Part shown: positions 29,303 to 39,907 of the stretch, piece after piece
Numbering within the stretch: position 1 is the first letter of the stretch
How the letters are laid out: each line of letters begins with the position of its first letter
Virus record (IMG/VR): IMGVR_UViG_3300032328_000910
Strand: one strand, 5' to 3'
Source: an uncultured virus (IMG/VR IMGVR_UViG_3300032328_000910)
Taxonomy: Duplodnaviria; Heunggongvirae; Uroviricota; Caudoviricetes; Crassvirales
DNA length: 64,000 nt
The notes under the pieces: model-generated
What the model was told of the DNA's origin: nothing
What the model saw: the letters and a program-made list of their open reading frames with translations, nothing else
Databases searched by the model: none
Program-made: the position numbers and the translations under genes

Positions 29303-32300
29303 CGTTCTGATTTTTTAAGATTAACATTAACGTTCTCAATATCAATTGTAAGCTCGTCTATATTGTCAATAATCATCCGAACTATTACAAATTTACTAAT
29401 AAATTTGGACTTTTTAAACCAAACCTTTAATAAATTTATATTAGCAGTATTTAATTTTCCATCTTCAAACAGAATAGGTTGATTACGGTCAATTACAGCA
29501 TCACGGAAATCATTAAATTTCCAATTGTATTCTACATTACGAACAGTATCATAAAGGTTGATAAGGTTTTTACCATTTACCAATGTAATTTCTCCGCTAA
29601 CTTGTGCATCATTATAAATAACAATACGATTAATAGTTTTATCATACAATAGCACAGGTTTATAAGAAGTACCCACTTTACTATATACTTTAGTATCCCA
29701 AAGTACACTTTGAATTACTTTAGCAATATCATGTGGTTCAGCAAATACAACGTCAATATAAGCTTCTTCTCGTTGTTGTTCAAACTCAAGATTAACTCTA
29801 TCAAACATACCTACAATGCCAGCTTCCATTTTGTATAAAAATCCGTCGGCATAACAATACGAACCGTTACGTGTAGATGCATACATTTGCCCCCTATAAG
29901 TATGACGACTAACCCAAGCATCAAGATTAAAGCTATAACTAATAGTTTCAGCTCTTGCACCGTTTTTGGTTAAAACAATACGATTGCTTTCTTCTATAAA
30001 AGTACCATGATAACCTGAACTAAGAAATGGATTGTCAATTGTACTGTCTTTTCTAAAGAACTCTGTAAACCAACTTAGCATCCCTTTAGCAGATAACTCT
30101 TCAAGTTTACCATTAAATAGAAATACTTTACCTTGTTCAGCGTCTATATGTACAACCCCATGTTTGCATAGAAATGTACAATACTGACTTTGATTTCCAG
30201 CATAACCTCTACCATCAGGTAAAATTTCATCAGGTTCTCTTGCAAAAATATCACCTGTACCGAGATATGTTTCTACATCATTAGTATAAAGTGTATCTCT
30301 GAATTGAGCAAGAAACATACTATACTTTTGATATATAATCATAGCTTTATTAAAAGCTATAATCTTCCAAATTTCACCTTTACTACGGTCAGGCATTTCA
30401 CGATATTCATTTGGCGCAAATTTACGCCATCCAAATTCAAACGCCTCTTCACCTACAACAGCAGAACGATGTATTCTATAAGGAAAATCACTAACTTTAG
30501 TATCACAAGCGTCTGCGCAGCGATAAACAACAAGACTAAGCAAATTATTAATACTTGTATAATCATCATTGTAACCTATGTATTCACCAAAATACGGTTC
30601 AGGATTGATAGCAGGAAACTTTTTAGGTAAATACATTAAGTCATTAATTTCGTCGTCATGTCGATACCCAATATTAGCATTAGATTCAACTACTGTAAGA
30701 TACTCGCCGTTACTACCGCGTTTATAAACGTAATGTCCATATGTATTAATAAAAGTATCCCCACCGTATATAACACCAGTATTTACAATAACTTTGTCTA
30801 TCAATGTAGGAATAAGCACTAAACGTTGTGCACTAAAATTACGATAAACATCTTTAACGTAATTATGAAGTTCACTGTAATAGACATCATTAGCTGCGTA
30901 TGAAATAGCGTTATTTAGTGCAACAAAGTATGTAGAATCACTACCCATATTTTTTTCAGGTAATGTTACATTTGCAGCAAGATATAGAGATTTTTCTATT
31001 TTACGATATATAGTATCAGCAGTATAAGTTTCAAACAGTAAATTTTTATAAACGTTAAACGTACCTATATTAAATTTAATAAGTGTTTTTATAAACGCAG
31101 GTGTAATAGGAGGTCGATTATTAACCAAATCAAAAGATTCAAGTAGATATTCTTTTTTAGTCGTATCAAAACGACTATTAAGCATAAGTCCGTTAGCTAC
31201 TTTGATAGAATTACTTGGAGTACGTTGAGCATAACAAAGTTGATACCCTTCGATATTATCTTTTATTTCTTGTGGAATATTAACATCGTGCATTGTAATG
31301 GCTAATATTTTACTACTACCATCACTTTCCGCAAAAAAGTCTTTATTAAAACGGAAAAATACATTCGCAAATTCAGGACGAGTAATTAAAGGCGAACCTG
31401 TAATTTCAATGTTAGTTCTAATTATATCACCGACTTCTAAAACAACATAGTAATTAAACGTTTTTTCGCCCGCAGGTCCGAATATATAACCATTAACGGC
31501 TTCGTTAAGTAAAGTTTCTATACCACCAGAAATACGTACAATATCAATCCTAATAACAAAATTAATAGGACTTGTAGACCATGTAAAATTGCCAGAGAAA
31601 TAACCTTCAAAATCTATAACAGCAGTTACTTCGTGTTTATCAGTTGTAGTTGTAGCAGTGAAATATACTGCATCTATAAATGTATTAGTAAAATCATAAT
31701 TACTATTACCGCCCCAACCATTTCCAATTACTGTTAATAAGTCTGTATTACTAGCACCTGTACTCTTAGTATAAAAAGGATTACCCCAAACTTGTAGTTG
31801 GTCAATACTTGGCATACGGTGATGCCTAACTTTTTGATTGCGAAGATTACCTATAACTATACCAGCGGCGTCTTTAATATCCCAACAATCGTTGTCAGCG
31901 TAAAGTTCATTTTGATTTTCAAATACACCAAGCTCACCTGTACTTTTAGCAGTCGGATATACTTCGTGATAACGGGCATTATTATCTATCGCTATAAATT
32001 CAGCAGAATTGGGAGGAGGAAACCCAGCTGTAACCATATCTTGAATACGGCTATTTTCAGGTAAATTACCAAAACCTGCCATATTTTCAACAGCGCGAGC
32101 AGGAATATGATATGCAGAACTATATGTACCATCCTTCATTTTAAAGATAATATAGAACGCATATACTTCCCCTGTAAGAAATGAACGCTTATCAACAATA
32201 AAAACGGGGTCTTTATAACTACCAGCATAAGCTGCGAGATTAACAGCAGTAGCTCTATTCCACTTAAGCTTAATATTATTAGCGTAAGGTTGAAAATCAA

Positions 32301-33267
32301 ACTCAGGTATAGTTCGCATATTAGCTATATACAATCTATTATTAAGAACTGCACCTGTCTTAATGTGGGAATACGCAGTAGTAGGTACAATTATATTACC
32401 TAAGCTTTCGTCAAGTAGAGTATCGTCATTTACATATGTAAATTCCACAGAGTTGTTTACTACAGGGATAGCTTCAGTACGAACTACAGAAATCACACCA
32501 CCAATCTTCTTTATAATTGCAATAACTAAGTTAGGGTAATTGATATCAATATTACTAATTCTAACTGTAATAGCTTTTGAAGTAATACTATCGGCAGGAC
32601 AACCATCAATGTTAGTAAATAAATTGGTAGAAGGGTCGTCATTTACAGGTATCCAATTGGTTATACCAGAATAATTAGTAATAGTACCGTCGCTCAATTG
32701 ATAAGCGTACATAAAACTATAAACTCCGGAACGTACTTGTCCACCTGTATCTAAAACTCTTACAAGATTAATTTGTGCAGCTCCGACATCAGGAAACAAT
32801 TTAGCAAGATATATTTGTGTAGGGTCAACTAATGCTTTATCTACATCAACTTCAAAAGGTAAACAATCAAGATTAAGCGTACGTGGAGGATTAGCAAAAT
32901 TGTCAAGCGTTTCCCACCAAGCAATAATAAGCTCGCGCTTATAATTATAAGTAAAAACACCTTCAATTGGGTTATTAGAATTAAAATCAAGTACAGTATC
33001 AAATATAACAGTAGTTAATGTATCGTCTTCTTCAAGTATAACTATAGCGCAATCTTGTAAAGGAAGTGCTAAAAACAGAACAAGTCGATTGCCTATTTCA
33101 ATGCAACCGACTATACTAGCATAGACACCATCAATACGAAGAAAACCATCTTCATTTGTAATTGCGCGTAGTCGCGTAGATGCTACCATATTAACAGCAT
33201 CTGTCCAACCGCCATCAGGAAACTTACTTGGATGTACGTCCCTAATCATGCCTTTCGTTAATTCCAT
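29299..33267 (-). CDS. tail muzzle / stabilization protein
   Basis: 1322 aa; N-terminal KGM..D..P; GEVYAFYI, VRHHRMP and GGDTFI motifs and C-terminal W.FNDFRD, as in crAss muzzle proteins; synteny. Confidence 0.8.
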   Translation of the reverse strand: MELTKGMIRDVHPSKFPDGGWTDAVNMVASTRLRAITNEDGFLRIDGVYASIVGCIEIGNRLVLFLALPLQDCAIVILEEDDTLTTVIFDTVLDFNSNNPIEGVFTYNYKRELIIAWWETLDNFANPPRTLNLDCLPFEVDVDKALVDPTQIYLAKLFPDVGAAQINLVRVLDTGGQVRSGVYSFMYAYQLSDGTITNYSGITNWIPVNDDPSTNLFTNIDGCPADSITSKAITVRISNIDINYPNLVIAIIKKIGGVISVVRTEAIPVVNNSVEFTYVNDDTLLDESLGNIIVPTTAYSHIKTGAVLNNRLYIANMRTIPEFDFQPYANNIKLKWNRATAVNLAAYAGSYKDPVFIVDKRSFLTGEVYAFYIIFKMKDGTYSSAYHIPARAVENMAGFGNLPENSRIQDMVTAGFPPPNSAEFIAIDNNARYHEVYPTAKSTGELGVFENQNELYADNDCWDIKDAAGIVIGNLRNQKVRHHRMPSIDQLQVWGNPFYTKSTGASNTDLLTVIGNGWGGNSNYDFTNTFIDAVYFTATTTTDKHEVTAVIDFEGYFSGNFTWSTSPINFVIRIDIVRISGGIETLLNEAVNGYIFGPAGEKTFNYYVVLEVGDIIRTNIEITGSPLITRPEFANVFFRFNKDFFAESDGSSKILAITMHDVNIPQEIKDNIEGYQLCYAQRTPSNSIKVANGLMLNSRFDTTKKEYLLESFDLVNNRPPITPAFIKTLIKFNIGTFNVYKNLLFETYTADTIYRKIEKSLYLAANVTLPEKNMGSDSTYFVALNNAISYAANDVYYSELHNYVKDVYRNFSAQRLVLIPTLIDKVIVNTGVIYGGDTFINTYGHYVYKRGSNGEYLTVVESNANIGYRHDDEINDLMYLPKKFPAINPEPYFGEYIGYNDDYTSINNLLSLVVYRCADACDTKVSDFPYRIHRSAVVGEEAFEFGWRKFAPNEYREMPDRSKGEIWKIIAFNKAMIIYQKYSMFLAQFRDTLYTNDVETYLGTGDIFAREPDEILPDGRGYAGNQSQYCTFLCKHGVVHIDAEQGKVFLFNGKLEELSAKGMLSWFTEFFRKDSTIDNPFLSSGYHGTFIEESNRIVLTKNGARAETISYSFNLDAWVSRHTYRGQMYASTRNGSYCYADGFLYKMEAGIVGMFDRVNLEFEQQREEAYIDVVFAEPHDIAKVIQSVLWDTKVYSKVGTSYKPVLLYDKTINRIVIYNDAQVSGEITLVNGKNLINLYDTVRNVEYNWKFNDFRDAVIDRNQPILFEDGKLNTANINLLKVWFKKSKFISKFVIVRMIIDNIDELTIDIENVNVNLKKSER

Positions 33268-33268
33268 A

Positions 33269-33994
33269 TTATGTATTATTTACTTGGCTACTAAATTCAC
33301 TACTACCACCATCTTCATAGTATTGCATAAAAGTATAGTAATCTATTTCTGCATTTAATGACGGTATCATAGTGAGATGTCGTTCTTTATAAGCTTCCAT
33401 ATCTTTGAAGCTAACTCGTTTGGCTCGATTTTTCGCACGAGGACGTTCATTTTCCCACATTTGGTAAGCTTCTTTCCAATTAACAGTCGGGTGAGTTCCG
33501 CCTCGAAGAAGATACATATAAAGAATATACCATGAAATTGCACGCTGAATAAGAGCGTCATCCATTACCATAGGATAACCTAAACCATCAATAGGAAAGC
33601 CCCAATAATATAAAAGTACAGTACCATGCTCGAACGGAAAATGCAAAAAGTCAGGATTAACTTGAAATCTTTCAGCACTAACATCAAGCTTAGCTAAATC
33701 AGCAAAAGCCGCATAAGCAGCTTCAATTGGAATTGTAGCATTTGATTTGGGCAAACGCATACCATTATGTACAACTTCTATCAAATATTCAACATTACAA
33801 GGTATTTTAGCTCTATATTCTTTGACACAAATTTCTCTACAATAAGGTACATAATTACCTTTCAATTGCATTTCATTTAAAGCGTCATGTATCCATTCAA
33901 TAGCATCAACTTGCCAACCATTATTTGTAGGTTTAAAATCTCGCATAACACGAGCTACTATTTTGCCGCTACTCGACAGATGTAACATTCCCAT
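33269..33994 (-). CDS. tail ring/tubular protein
   Basis: 241 aa; IEWI.DAL and P.D..GYP motifs; immediately upstream of the muzzle gene. Confidence 0.65.
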   Translation of the reverse strand: MGMLHLSSSGKIVARVMRDFKPTNNGWQVDAIEWIHDALNEMQLKGNYVPYCREICVKEYRAKIPCNVEYLIEVVHNGMRLPKSNATIPIEAAYAAFADLAKLDVSAERFQVNPDFLHFPFEHGTVLLYYWGFPIDGLGYPMVMDDALIQRAISWYILYMYLLRGGTHPTVNWKEAYQMWENERPRAKNRAKRVSFKDMEAYKERHLTMIPSLNAEIDYYTFMQYYEDGGSSEFSSQVNNT

Positions 33995-34790
33995 GTTTAG
34001 GCTCCATTTTTAAATAGTTAAGGTAATTAAGAGGATTAAGTCTATTATAAACGTGAAGTTTAGTGACAACACTATCTTTACCTGTACCAGTAACAGGTTT
34101 AAACTTATATATAGGACTATTCTCTATTTTAACATTCTTTTTGACCCAACGGAAATAATTACCGTGAGAACCTTCTTGGTATATAAACCACTTTTCTCCA
34201 TCAGGTGCAGTTTCCTTATTAAAAGGTGTTTTACCTTCGGCTATTAATTGAGCTTTAAGCTTATTACTTTTACCCCAATCAATCGCAGAACGAGCGCGTT
34301 TAGTAATACAACGCTTCTTGTGGATTACCATTATGCTTGCTAAATTGTAACCCATATGAAACTCTTTCCCTTTAATAATCTCATCTACAATTAACGGATT
34401 AGCTTCTTTAACAATAAAACAAAACGCAGGGTATGTAAGAGCACTCATTAATCGTTGTACACTTTCCAACTTATTTTTAAGTTCTCTAACAGTTTTATTT
34501 ATATTGATATAAAGCTGCATCGTTTCTTGCAAGTCGGTAATAGTATAATAGTGCGTATTACGACTTCTTCGTATTTGAATACCATTAACTTTAATAGGTT
34601 GAGTAAAAGCCAGCAACTCTTCGTATGTATAATTAATTACACAATCGTTGATAAATGCTTTAAATAAAACAAGCTTTTTATTGACTTTATCTTGCAACTT
34701 AAGTTCAGTATCTAACTGCCCTTTATAGTCCCGCAACTTCAACCTATAATGTTCGGTTATCATCTTGTATATATCTTTATTCACTATCAT
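33969..34790 (-). CDS. crAss IHF/HU-like DNA-binding protein
   Basis: Basic; N..IVDEIIKG..F.MGYNLASI...K...IDWGKSNK...W motif; located within the tail module. Confidence 0.55.
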   Translation of the reverse strand: MIVNKDIYKMITEHYRLKLRDYKGQLDTELKLQDKVNKKLVLFKAFINDCVINYTYEELLAFTQPIKVNGIQIRRSRNTHYYTITDLQETMQLYININKTVRELKNKLESVQRLMSALTYPAFCFIVKEANPLIVDEIIKGKEFHMGYNLASIMVIHKKRCITKRARSAIDWGKSNKLKAQLIAEGKTPFNKETAPDGEKWFIYQEGSHGNYFRWVKKNVKIENSPIYKFKPVTGTGKDSVVTKLHVYNRLNPLNYLNYLKMEPKHGNVTSVE

Positions 34791-35412
34791 CGGCTTGTAC
34801 TTCTTTAGATGGTGTAAGAATACGTAACTCTTGAGTTACAAGTCCATTTACAATTCGACGAATTAAATGACCTTGAATAGGGAACTCATCGTCGTCATCA
34901 ATACAATTATAACTATCGTTACAAGCAGTAACAGCTTCTTCTGGATTCAAGAAAACACTCTCAAGCATAACATACTTGAATTTCTTGTTAGTATAAACGT
35001 ATATATACCCATTTACATAGGTATAACGAGTTACATTTGCAGTGAATGTATTATGTGCAGTATAACGTAATTCATTAATATCAGTGTGTACCCACTCTTC
35101 ATTTATAAAGTTAGGACTACCAACATAACGAAAAACTTCACCTTTAATAGCTACCGGTTGCGGAACTTTATTTAAGGTTCTTAATACGTCACATCCTACA
35201 TCAACAACGCAAGTATCAGCTATATCAACTGAAGTTAATTGCTGTACCATACGTTGCACAACTTGTCGGTCAATACCACTACGTTCAAATTCTTGACGTA
35301 ATAGTTCAGCGCGATAATACTTCACGCTGAACTTAATACGTTCAAGTAATGCTACGTCAAATGACTTACCAACAGCTTCTGCAATAGAATATGCTATTTG
35401 GTTTAGTGTCAT
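34777..35412 (-). CDS. tail ring protein
   Basis: 211 aa; MTLNQIAY..., YRAELLRQ, YIYV, F.NPEE and FPI motifs; synteny. Confidence 0.65.
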   Translation of the reverse strand: MTLNQIAYSIAEAVGKSFDVALLERIKFSVKYYRAELLRQEFERSGIDRQVVQRMVQQLTSVDIADTCVVDVGCDVLRTLNKVPQPVAIKGEVFRYVGSPNFINEEWVHTDINELRYTAHNTFTANVTRYTYVNGYIYVYTNKKFKYVMLESVFLNPEEAVTACNDSYNCIDDDDEFPIQGHLIRRIVNGLVTQELRILTPSKEVQADDSE

Positions 35413-35667
35413 TTACTTAGGCTGTTCGGCAGGAAAATGTTTAGCAATCTCTGCATCAATTTGCGAAAGCTCGTCTTCAACTTTTTGGCTAATACGAACA
35501 AGAGTTTCCATCTTAGTCGTCTTAATCTTTTCAAGATTAAGCTTAGCTTCTTCAAGTTTCATTTCAGTTTCCGCATAGATGTCTGAAATTCCTTCTCTAC
35601 GTACAAACGTTTTAAGAGTACAAGTACCTTTAACTTCGTCTTTTTTAATAATCTCTACAATTTGCAT
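35413..35667 (-). CDS. small hypothetical coiled-coil protein
   Basis: 84 aa; its stop abuts the next start; a putative promoter lies just upstream. Confidence 0.65.
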   Translation of the reverse strand: MQIVEIIKKDEVKGTCTLKTFVRREGISDIYAETEMKLEEAKLNLEKIKTTKMETLVRISQKVEDELSQIDAEIAKHFPAEQPK

Positions 35668-35700
35668 AATAGTTATATTTATGGTTTAAAAAATTGAACT

Positions 35701-35730
35701 CAAATATAATACTTATTTTTGTATTACAAA
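35701..35730 (-). promoter_or_regulatory. putative Bacteroidota sigma-A promoter (internal)
   Basis: Minus strand TTTG-N18-TATATTTG (-33/-7 TAnnTTTG consensus), about 33 nt upstream of ATG 35667. Confidence 0.5.
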
Positions 35731-35734
35731 AGAA

Positions 35735-36739
35735 CTACACTACAATTTTTAACGTTCCAGCAGTAGTATAAAGAACACCTACTGTTAGACCTGCAAGTAC
35801 AGCCGCAGCATTATCTGCGTGTTCAGGAATACCGGCAAATTGAATGCCAGGAAATGAATCGCCTCTATCAGAGATTAAACGATAAGCAACAGAGCCGTTT
35901 ACATTAGTAATAGTATCTTGAATACCAAGACCTAAAGAAACGTATCTTTGAATTTCTTCAGTAGGGTCAGCAAGTTTAATCAAAGAAGAAGTTATTTTAC
36001 TTTCATAATATCCTTCTTGACCAAGAACATTAGTAATAAAAATAACTTCACCTTGAGAATTATACGTAAGTTCGGCTTCTATATCATTAGAAATATCGGT
36101 AGCTCTTAAATACATAGTACCATTTAAAGCATATTGTGCAGTAAGAAACAGTCCATCGGTAATATTAGCCATACCAATTTGAGCATTTATTTTTCTCGCT
36201 TCTACAAAAGAAGCAGAAGTTGCAGTAGGGTCAGTATTTTCACTTTTAAGAAAAATACCAGTATTATTCACAGAAACGTTTTGGTCAGTAAGCCTATCAT
36301 TAGACAGCAATCTCATTTGATAAGAAGGTAACATACTACCATCACCAGAAAGTATAGTAGCATTGTCATTATAAATAGATTCTTCCCAATGATTTAGATA
36401 CGATTCGTCACTATAACTTCGAGATATACCTTCAGCAACAGCGCCATAATTAGCAAAATTTACATTATTGCCGATTTGATAGTCAATAAAATGACCATCA
36501 GCATCCATACGCTGAAATAAAAATTCTTCTTTTATGTGGCAAGTACGACCAGGAGTATCAGTACCGATACCGATATTTTCTGTATTATTCCAAACGTCAT
36601 TTCCAGTTTTAGTCCAATATGAACCTACACCAGAAACCGCAGTATTAAGTCTAATTAATATCTCATGCAAAGCTTTACCATAAGCTTTACTTGAAGATAT
36701 AGGAAGACTTTGAATTAAACTTTTAATTTCAGCACTCAT
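35735..36739 (-). CDS. putative tail fibre / receptor-binding protein
   Basis: W..TGND....NIGIGTDTP...HI fibre motif; beta-rich body; C-terminal P.HADNAAA..AGL..G.LY motif seen in Bacteroidota fibre-like proteins. Confidence 0.6.
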   Translation of the reverse strand: MSAEIKSLIQSLPISSSKAYGKALHEILIRLNTAVSGVGSYWTKTGNDVWNNTENIGIGTDTPGRTCHIKEEFLFQRMDADGHFIDYQIGNNVNFANYGAVAEGISRSYSDESYLNHWEESIYNDNATILSGDGSMLPSYQMRLLSNDRLTDQNVSVNNTGIFLKSENTDPTATSASFVEARKINAQIGMANITDGLFLTAQYALNGTMYLRATDISNDIEAELTYNSQGEVIFITNVLGQEGYYESKITSSLIKLADPTEEIQRYVSLGLGIQDTITNVNGSVAYRLISDRGDSFPGIQFAGIPEHADNAAAVLAGLTVGVLYTTAGTLKIVV

Positions 36740-36750
36740 TGATTTTGTTT

Positions 36751-38157
36751 TTAGAGTTCAAAATAATTGACAGTAGCAAAAGCAGTTGCAGCTGTACTAG
36801 CAGGTGTTAATACTAATGCAATAACTTCAGATGTACCATTCAATTGCTTACCTATACGACGAAGATTATCTACAATAGATATAATAGAAGTAGCTTGACG
36901 TTGAATAGTACCAAAAAGTGGAATACCTCCGGTAACAACATTTGCAGCTAAACCGTGGGCAAATTGTAGATTATCAGTATTGGGTGCAAGAGCCCACACT
37001 AAACTACCCGCAGAAGCAATAGTAGGATTAAGTATCCATTCAATACCCATATCATCATTACCTGTAATAACTAAACTAGCGTCTAAGAAATCTATAATCG
37101 CGTCGTCGTAAAGGTCTGCTTGACGAAACGCAACTGCAAGATATTTAGTATTTGCAAGTGCCATTGTTATAGGAGTTGTAAGCGGAGTTCTTACTGTACC
37201 TGTACGACCTCTAAGGTCGACTATACCTTCAATTGCGTGTGTAGCACAAGTAAAATACATGGTACGAGGTACAGTAAAGTTCGCAGCGGCACGTATCTCT
37301 GCTCTAATAGGTAGCATAGGAGTCTTAAAAATAAGATTTTTAACATTATTAGAGTGAGCATAAGATACAAATGGAATAAACTCATTGTCAATACATACTT
37401 CCATAAGAAGCCCTTTACCACCAAGCCAAAGAAAATCTGTACGGAAAATTGTAAAGTTTTCAAAATTTACAGTCTTACCTGAAGGGCCAGTACCGTCAAG
37501 TTTATCAAACCATTGTGCACGTGGAATTGAAGCTGTAACAACAGTATCATTTGTAATAACTACTTTATAATCATTAACAACAGAACCATCAGCTTCAAAA
37601 TAAAATCCAATTTTGTTACTATCGAATGGTGCAACTTTATTTGATAACCAAGCACCTAAACGTTTTACAACCCCAGTTTCAATTTGCATATTAATTGAGG
37701 TCATTTCGTACAAAGTACTTTTACCTACAATGTAAGGATGATTTTGATACGTCTTACAAATAGCATACCCACCAGCAGCAGTTACTGTCATTTCAGCAGC
37801 AGCGTAATCAGGTGAGTGAACAATAGTAGCATTTGAAGTTACGCGTTCAATCGCAGGGTCAAGAATATGACGTTGGGTATAAATACCTGTAATATTTTTA
37901 TTACTTGTACGCAAACTTCCCGCAGCGTCAAGAGGTAGTTTTAAAGTGGCAGTTATCGGTGAAGTAACATTAACATCAATTGGTGTACTGTCATCAACGG
38001 TAACAGGATTAGTTACATTAATGTCAATAGGTACTGCATCGTCAATATCTACAGTTCCATTTACTGCAACATTCAAAGGTACAGTAGAATCTACTGTAAC
38101 AGGATTAAACCAATTGTCAGCGAGGAACTTTAAAATCCTATTTAAAATAGTAAGCAT
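36751..38157 (-). CDS. virion structural/spike protein with N-terminal repeats and a lectin-like (ConA-type) domain
   Basis: Three ~16-aa Val/Pro/Asp repeats, then DAAGSLRTS (DAFGRLRxS-like), GFYFE, W.DKLDGTGPSG, D..WLG and LPIRAEI, motifs of a widespread aquatic-phage structural family. Confidence 0.6.
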   Translation of the reverse strand: MLTILNRILKFLADNWFNPVTVDSTVPLNVAVNGTVDIDDAVPIDINVTNPVTVDDSTPIDVNVTSPITATLKLPLDAAGSLRTSNKNITGIYTQRHILDPAIERVTSNATIVHSPDYAAAEMTVTAAGGYAICKTYQNHPYIVGKSTLYEMTSINMQIETGVVKRLGAWLSNKVAPFDSNKIGFYFEADGSVVNDYKVVITNDTVVTASIPRAQWFDKLDGTGPSGKTVNFENFTIFRTDFLWLGGKGLLMEVCIDNEFIPFVSYAHSNNVKNLIFKTPMLPIRAEIRAAANFTVPRTMYFTCATHAIEGIVDLRGRTGTVRTPLTTPITMALANTKYLAVAFRQADLYDDAIIDFLDASLVITGNDDMGIEWILNPTIASAGSLVWALAPNTDNLQFAHGLAANVVTGGIPLFGTIQRQATSIISIVDNLRRIGKQLNGTSEVIALVLTPASTAATAFATVNYFEL

Positions 38158-38164
38158 AACTATA

Positions 38165-38854
38165 TTATGTTTTAGAAATTAAAAAATCTGTAAGCTCGCC
38201 GTTAAGCCTTTCAAAACTGTCAGCTCCATTTTTACATAGTATATCAATACCAAGCGCGTATTGATGAAAGATTGTATCAATCTTATGTTCAATACTTGTC
38301 ATTCTCCCACTACCGATAACACTAAGAATATTAGTATTAATAAGGTCACATTCAACTGCACGCCATTTTTCAAGTTTATTTAAAACAGCAGTTGCTTTGT
38401 TTTTATCAGGATTAATAACAAGTAAATGTTCATAAAATCTTTTATTGTATTCGCTACGACGCCAAGACATTTGCTCTATAAACATCCCCTTAATCTCTTG
38501 CTCAGTGTAGTTAACGTAATCAGTTTTTAACACGTTTTCAATACTGTCAAGAAATACTCGGCAAATAGTAATCATATATTCCCTGTATAGCAAAGCCCGA
38601 ATTGGGTCTTGTATAATAGCTTCTGTACTATGTTGTCCTAAACCTATAAGTTGCTTAAGCTTAAGAACTGTATCGTGATTTTTTAATTCGCCAACAGTGG
38701 CGAAACTTGTACCTCTTACACGGTTGATTAGAGCATTAACAACTGCAAGTCGCAGATTATTATTAGTAAATATAGCAATAATAAAACCTCCAACAGCAGA
38801 GATTAATGTTCCTACAACCACAATAAGAGATACATTTATTTCGTTCCAATTCAT
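38165..38854 (-). CDS. single-pass membrane protein (holin/antiholin candidate)
   Basis: One N-terminal TM helix followed by a soluble helical domain. Confidence 0.5.
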   Translation of the reverse strand: MNWNEINVSLIVVVGTLISAVGGFIIAIFTNNNLRLAVVNALINRVRGTSFATVGELKNHDTVLKLKQLIGLGQHSTEAIIQDPIRALLYREYMITICRVFLDSIENVLKTDYVNYTEQEIKGMFIEQMSWRRSEYNKRFYEHLLVINPDKNKATAVLNKLEKWRAVECDLINTNILSVIGSGRMTSIEHKIDTIFHQYALGIDILCKNGADSFERLNGELTDFLISKT

Positions 38855-39906
38855 TAGTCAACAATGGCTTTTAGAAACTGGTTTATTAAATAAGGTTCAG
38901 CTTCGTTCACACCGGAAGCGACAGTGTTAATCATAAGTTGTAATTTCATGTCGTCAGCCCAATCAATGTCAGTTGTAACATTATAAGTAAAATAAGTATC
39001 AGCTTGGTCAGCAATAAGAACAACGCTATTAAAAGCTTCACCAAATGAAACGTTAGGTCGAGTATAATATTTAATCGTACCAATAACTTTAGCAGTAGTT
39101 GCACTTGTACGATATATATTCATTTTAACGTGAACATGATAAGCAGCTTCAGCTAAAGTTGCATCCAATCCTGCGCCACCAACTCCAGCAAAACTGTTAC
39201 TTGGAGTTACTCCGAACTTAGTAAATAATGCTAAAGCAGCAGTACCAGCACCACTCGTTGATTTGTCAACAGACATTTCATATTGAATATGGTCACCGTT
39301 ACTTGTAAGAGTACCTCCTAATATAGTAGCAGTATGTAACGTAGTATCAGTACCGTCATCAGTTAAGACGTTTTCATCTACTGTAGCTGTATCAACGACG
39401 TGCATAACAGTGCTTTTTACATTGTCAATTTGAGCAACCGCATTGACTGTATAAGCGAGATAATAAAGACCTCTATCGCCAGGTGTAATTAAAGCTACTG
39501 AAGTGTTATCACTTACTTTACGAATAGACAAATCAACAGTTACATTGTTACCTGCAAGTACGCGCGGCAATTCACTTGGTACGACAACGGTAGTAAAACC
39601 ATTTTCAGTATCAAGCTTACCAACAATTTGACTACCAATAGCAATGCGAACAAGCCCGTGTCCGACGTTAGTAGAATTAGCTGTATCTTCAGGATTAAGC
39701 TTGAAAGCGATACTTTCCATAAGCTTTTTAAATACCGCTTCACTTGGTACGTGTCCTTTAAGGAAACGATTGTAAACGTCGATAACGTTACCATCGCAAT
39801 CCGTAGTTTGGTATTGAAGAGGAAAACCAGTTTCTTTATCAGGTTTAGCTCCACTGTTTACTTGAGTAGTTCTAAGAAAGAACTCTCTAAATTCCGGTAT
39901 CGGCAT
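38854..39906 (-). CDS. putative tail fibre/structural protein
   Basis: 350 aa; Thr/Val/Gly-rich beta composition; in the tail module. Confidence 0.55.
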   Translation of the reverse strand: MPIPEFREFFLRTTQVNSGAKPDKETGFPLQYQTTDCDGNVIDVYNRFLKGHVPSEAVFKKLMESIAFKLNPEDTANSTNVGHGLVRIAIGSQIVGKLDTENGFTTVVVPSELPRVLAGNNVTVDLSIRKVSDNTSVALITPGDRGLYYLAYTVNAVAQIDNVKSTVMHVVDTATVDENVLTDDGTDTTLHTATILGGTLTSNGDHIQYEMSVDKSTSGAGTAALALFTKFGVTPSNSFAGVGGAGLDATLAEAAYHVHVKMNIYRTSATTAKVIGTIKYYTRPNVSFGEAFNSVVLIADQADTYFTYNVTTDIDWADDMKLQLMINTVASGVNEAEPYLINQFLKAIVD

Positions 39907-39907
39907 A

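Noticed and set aside
35735..38157. Diversity-generating retroelement or invertible fibre cassette
   Set aside because: No reverse transcriptase, recombinase or template/variable repeat pair was seen in this window.
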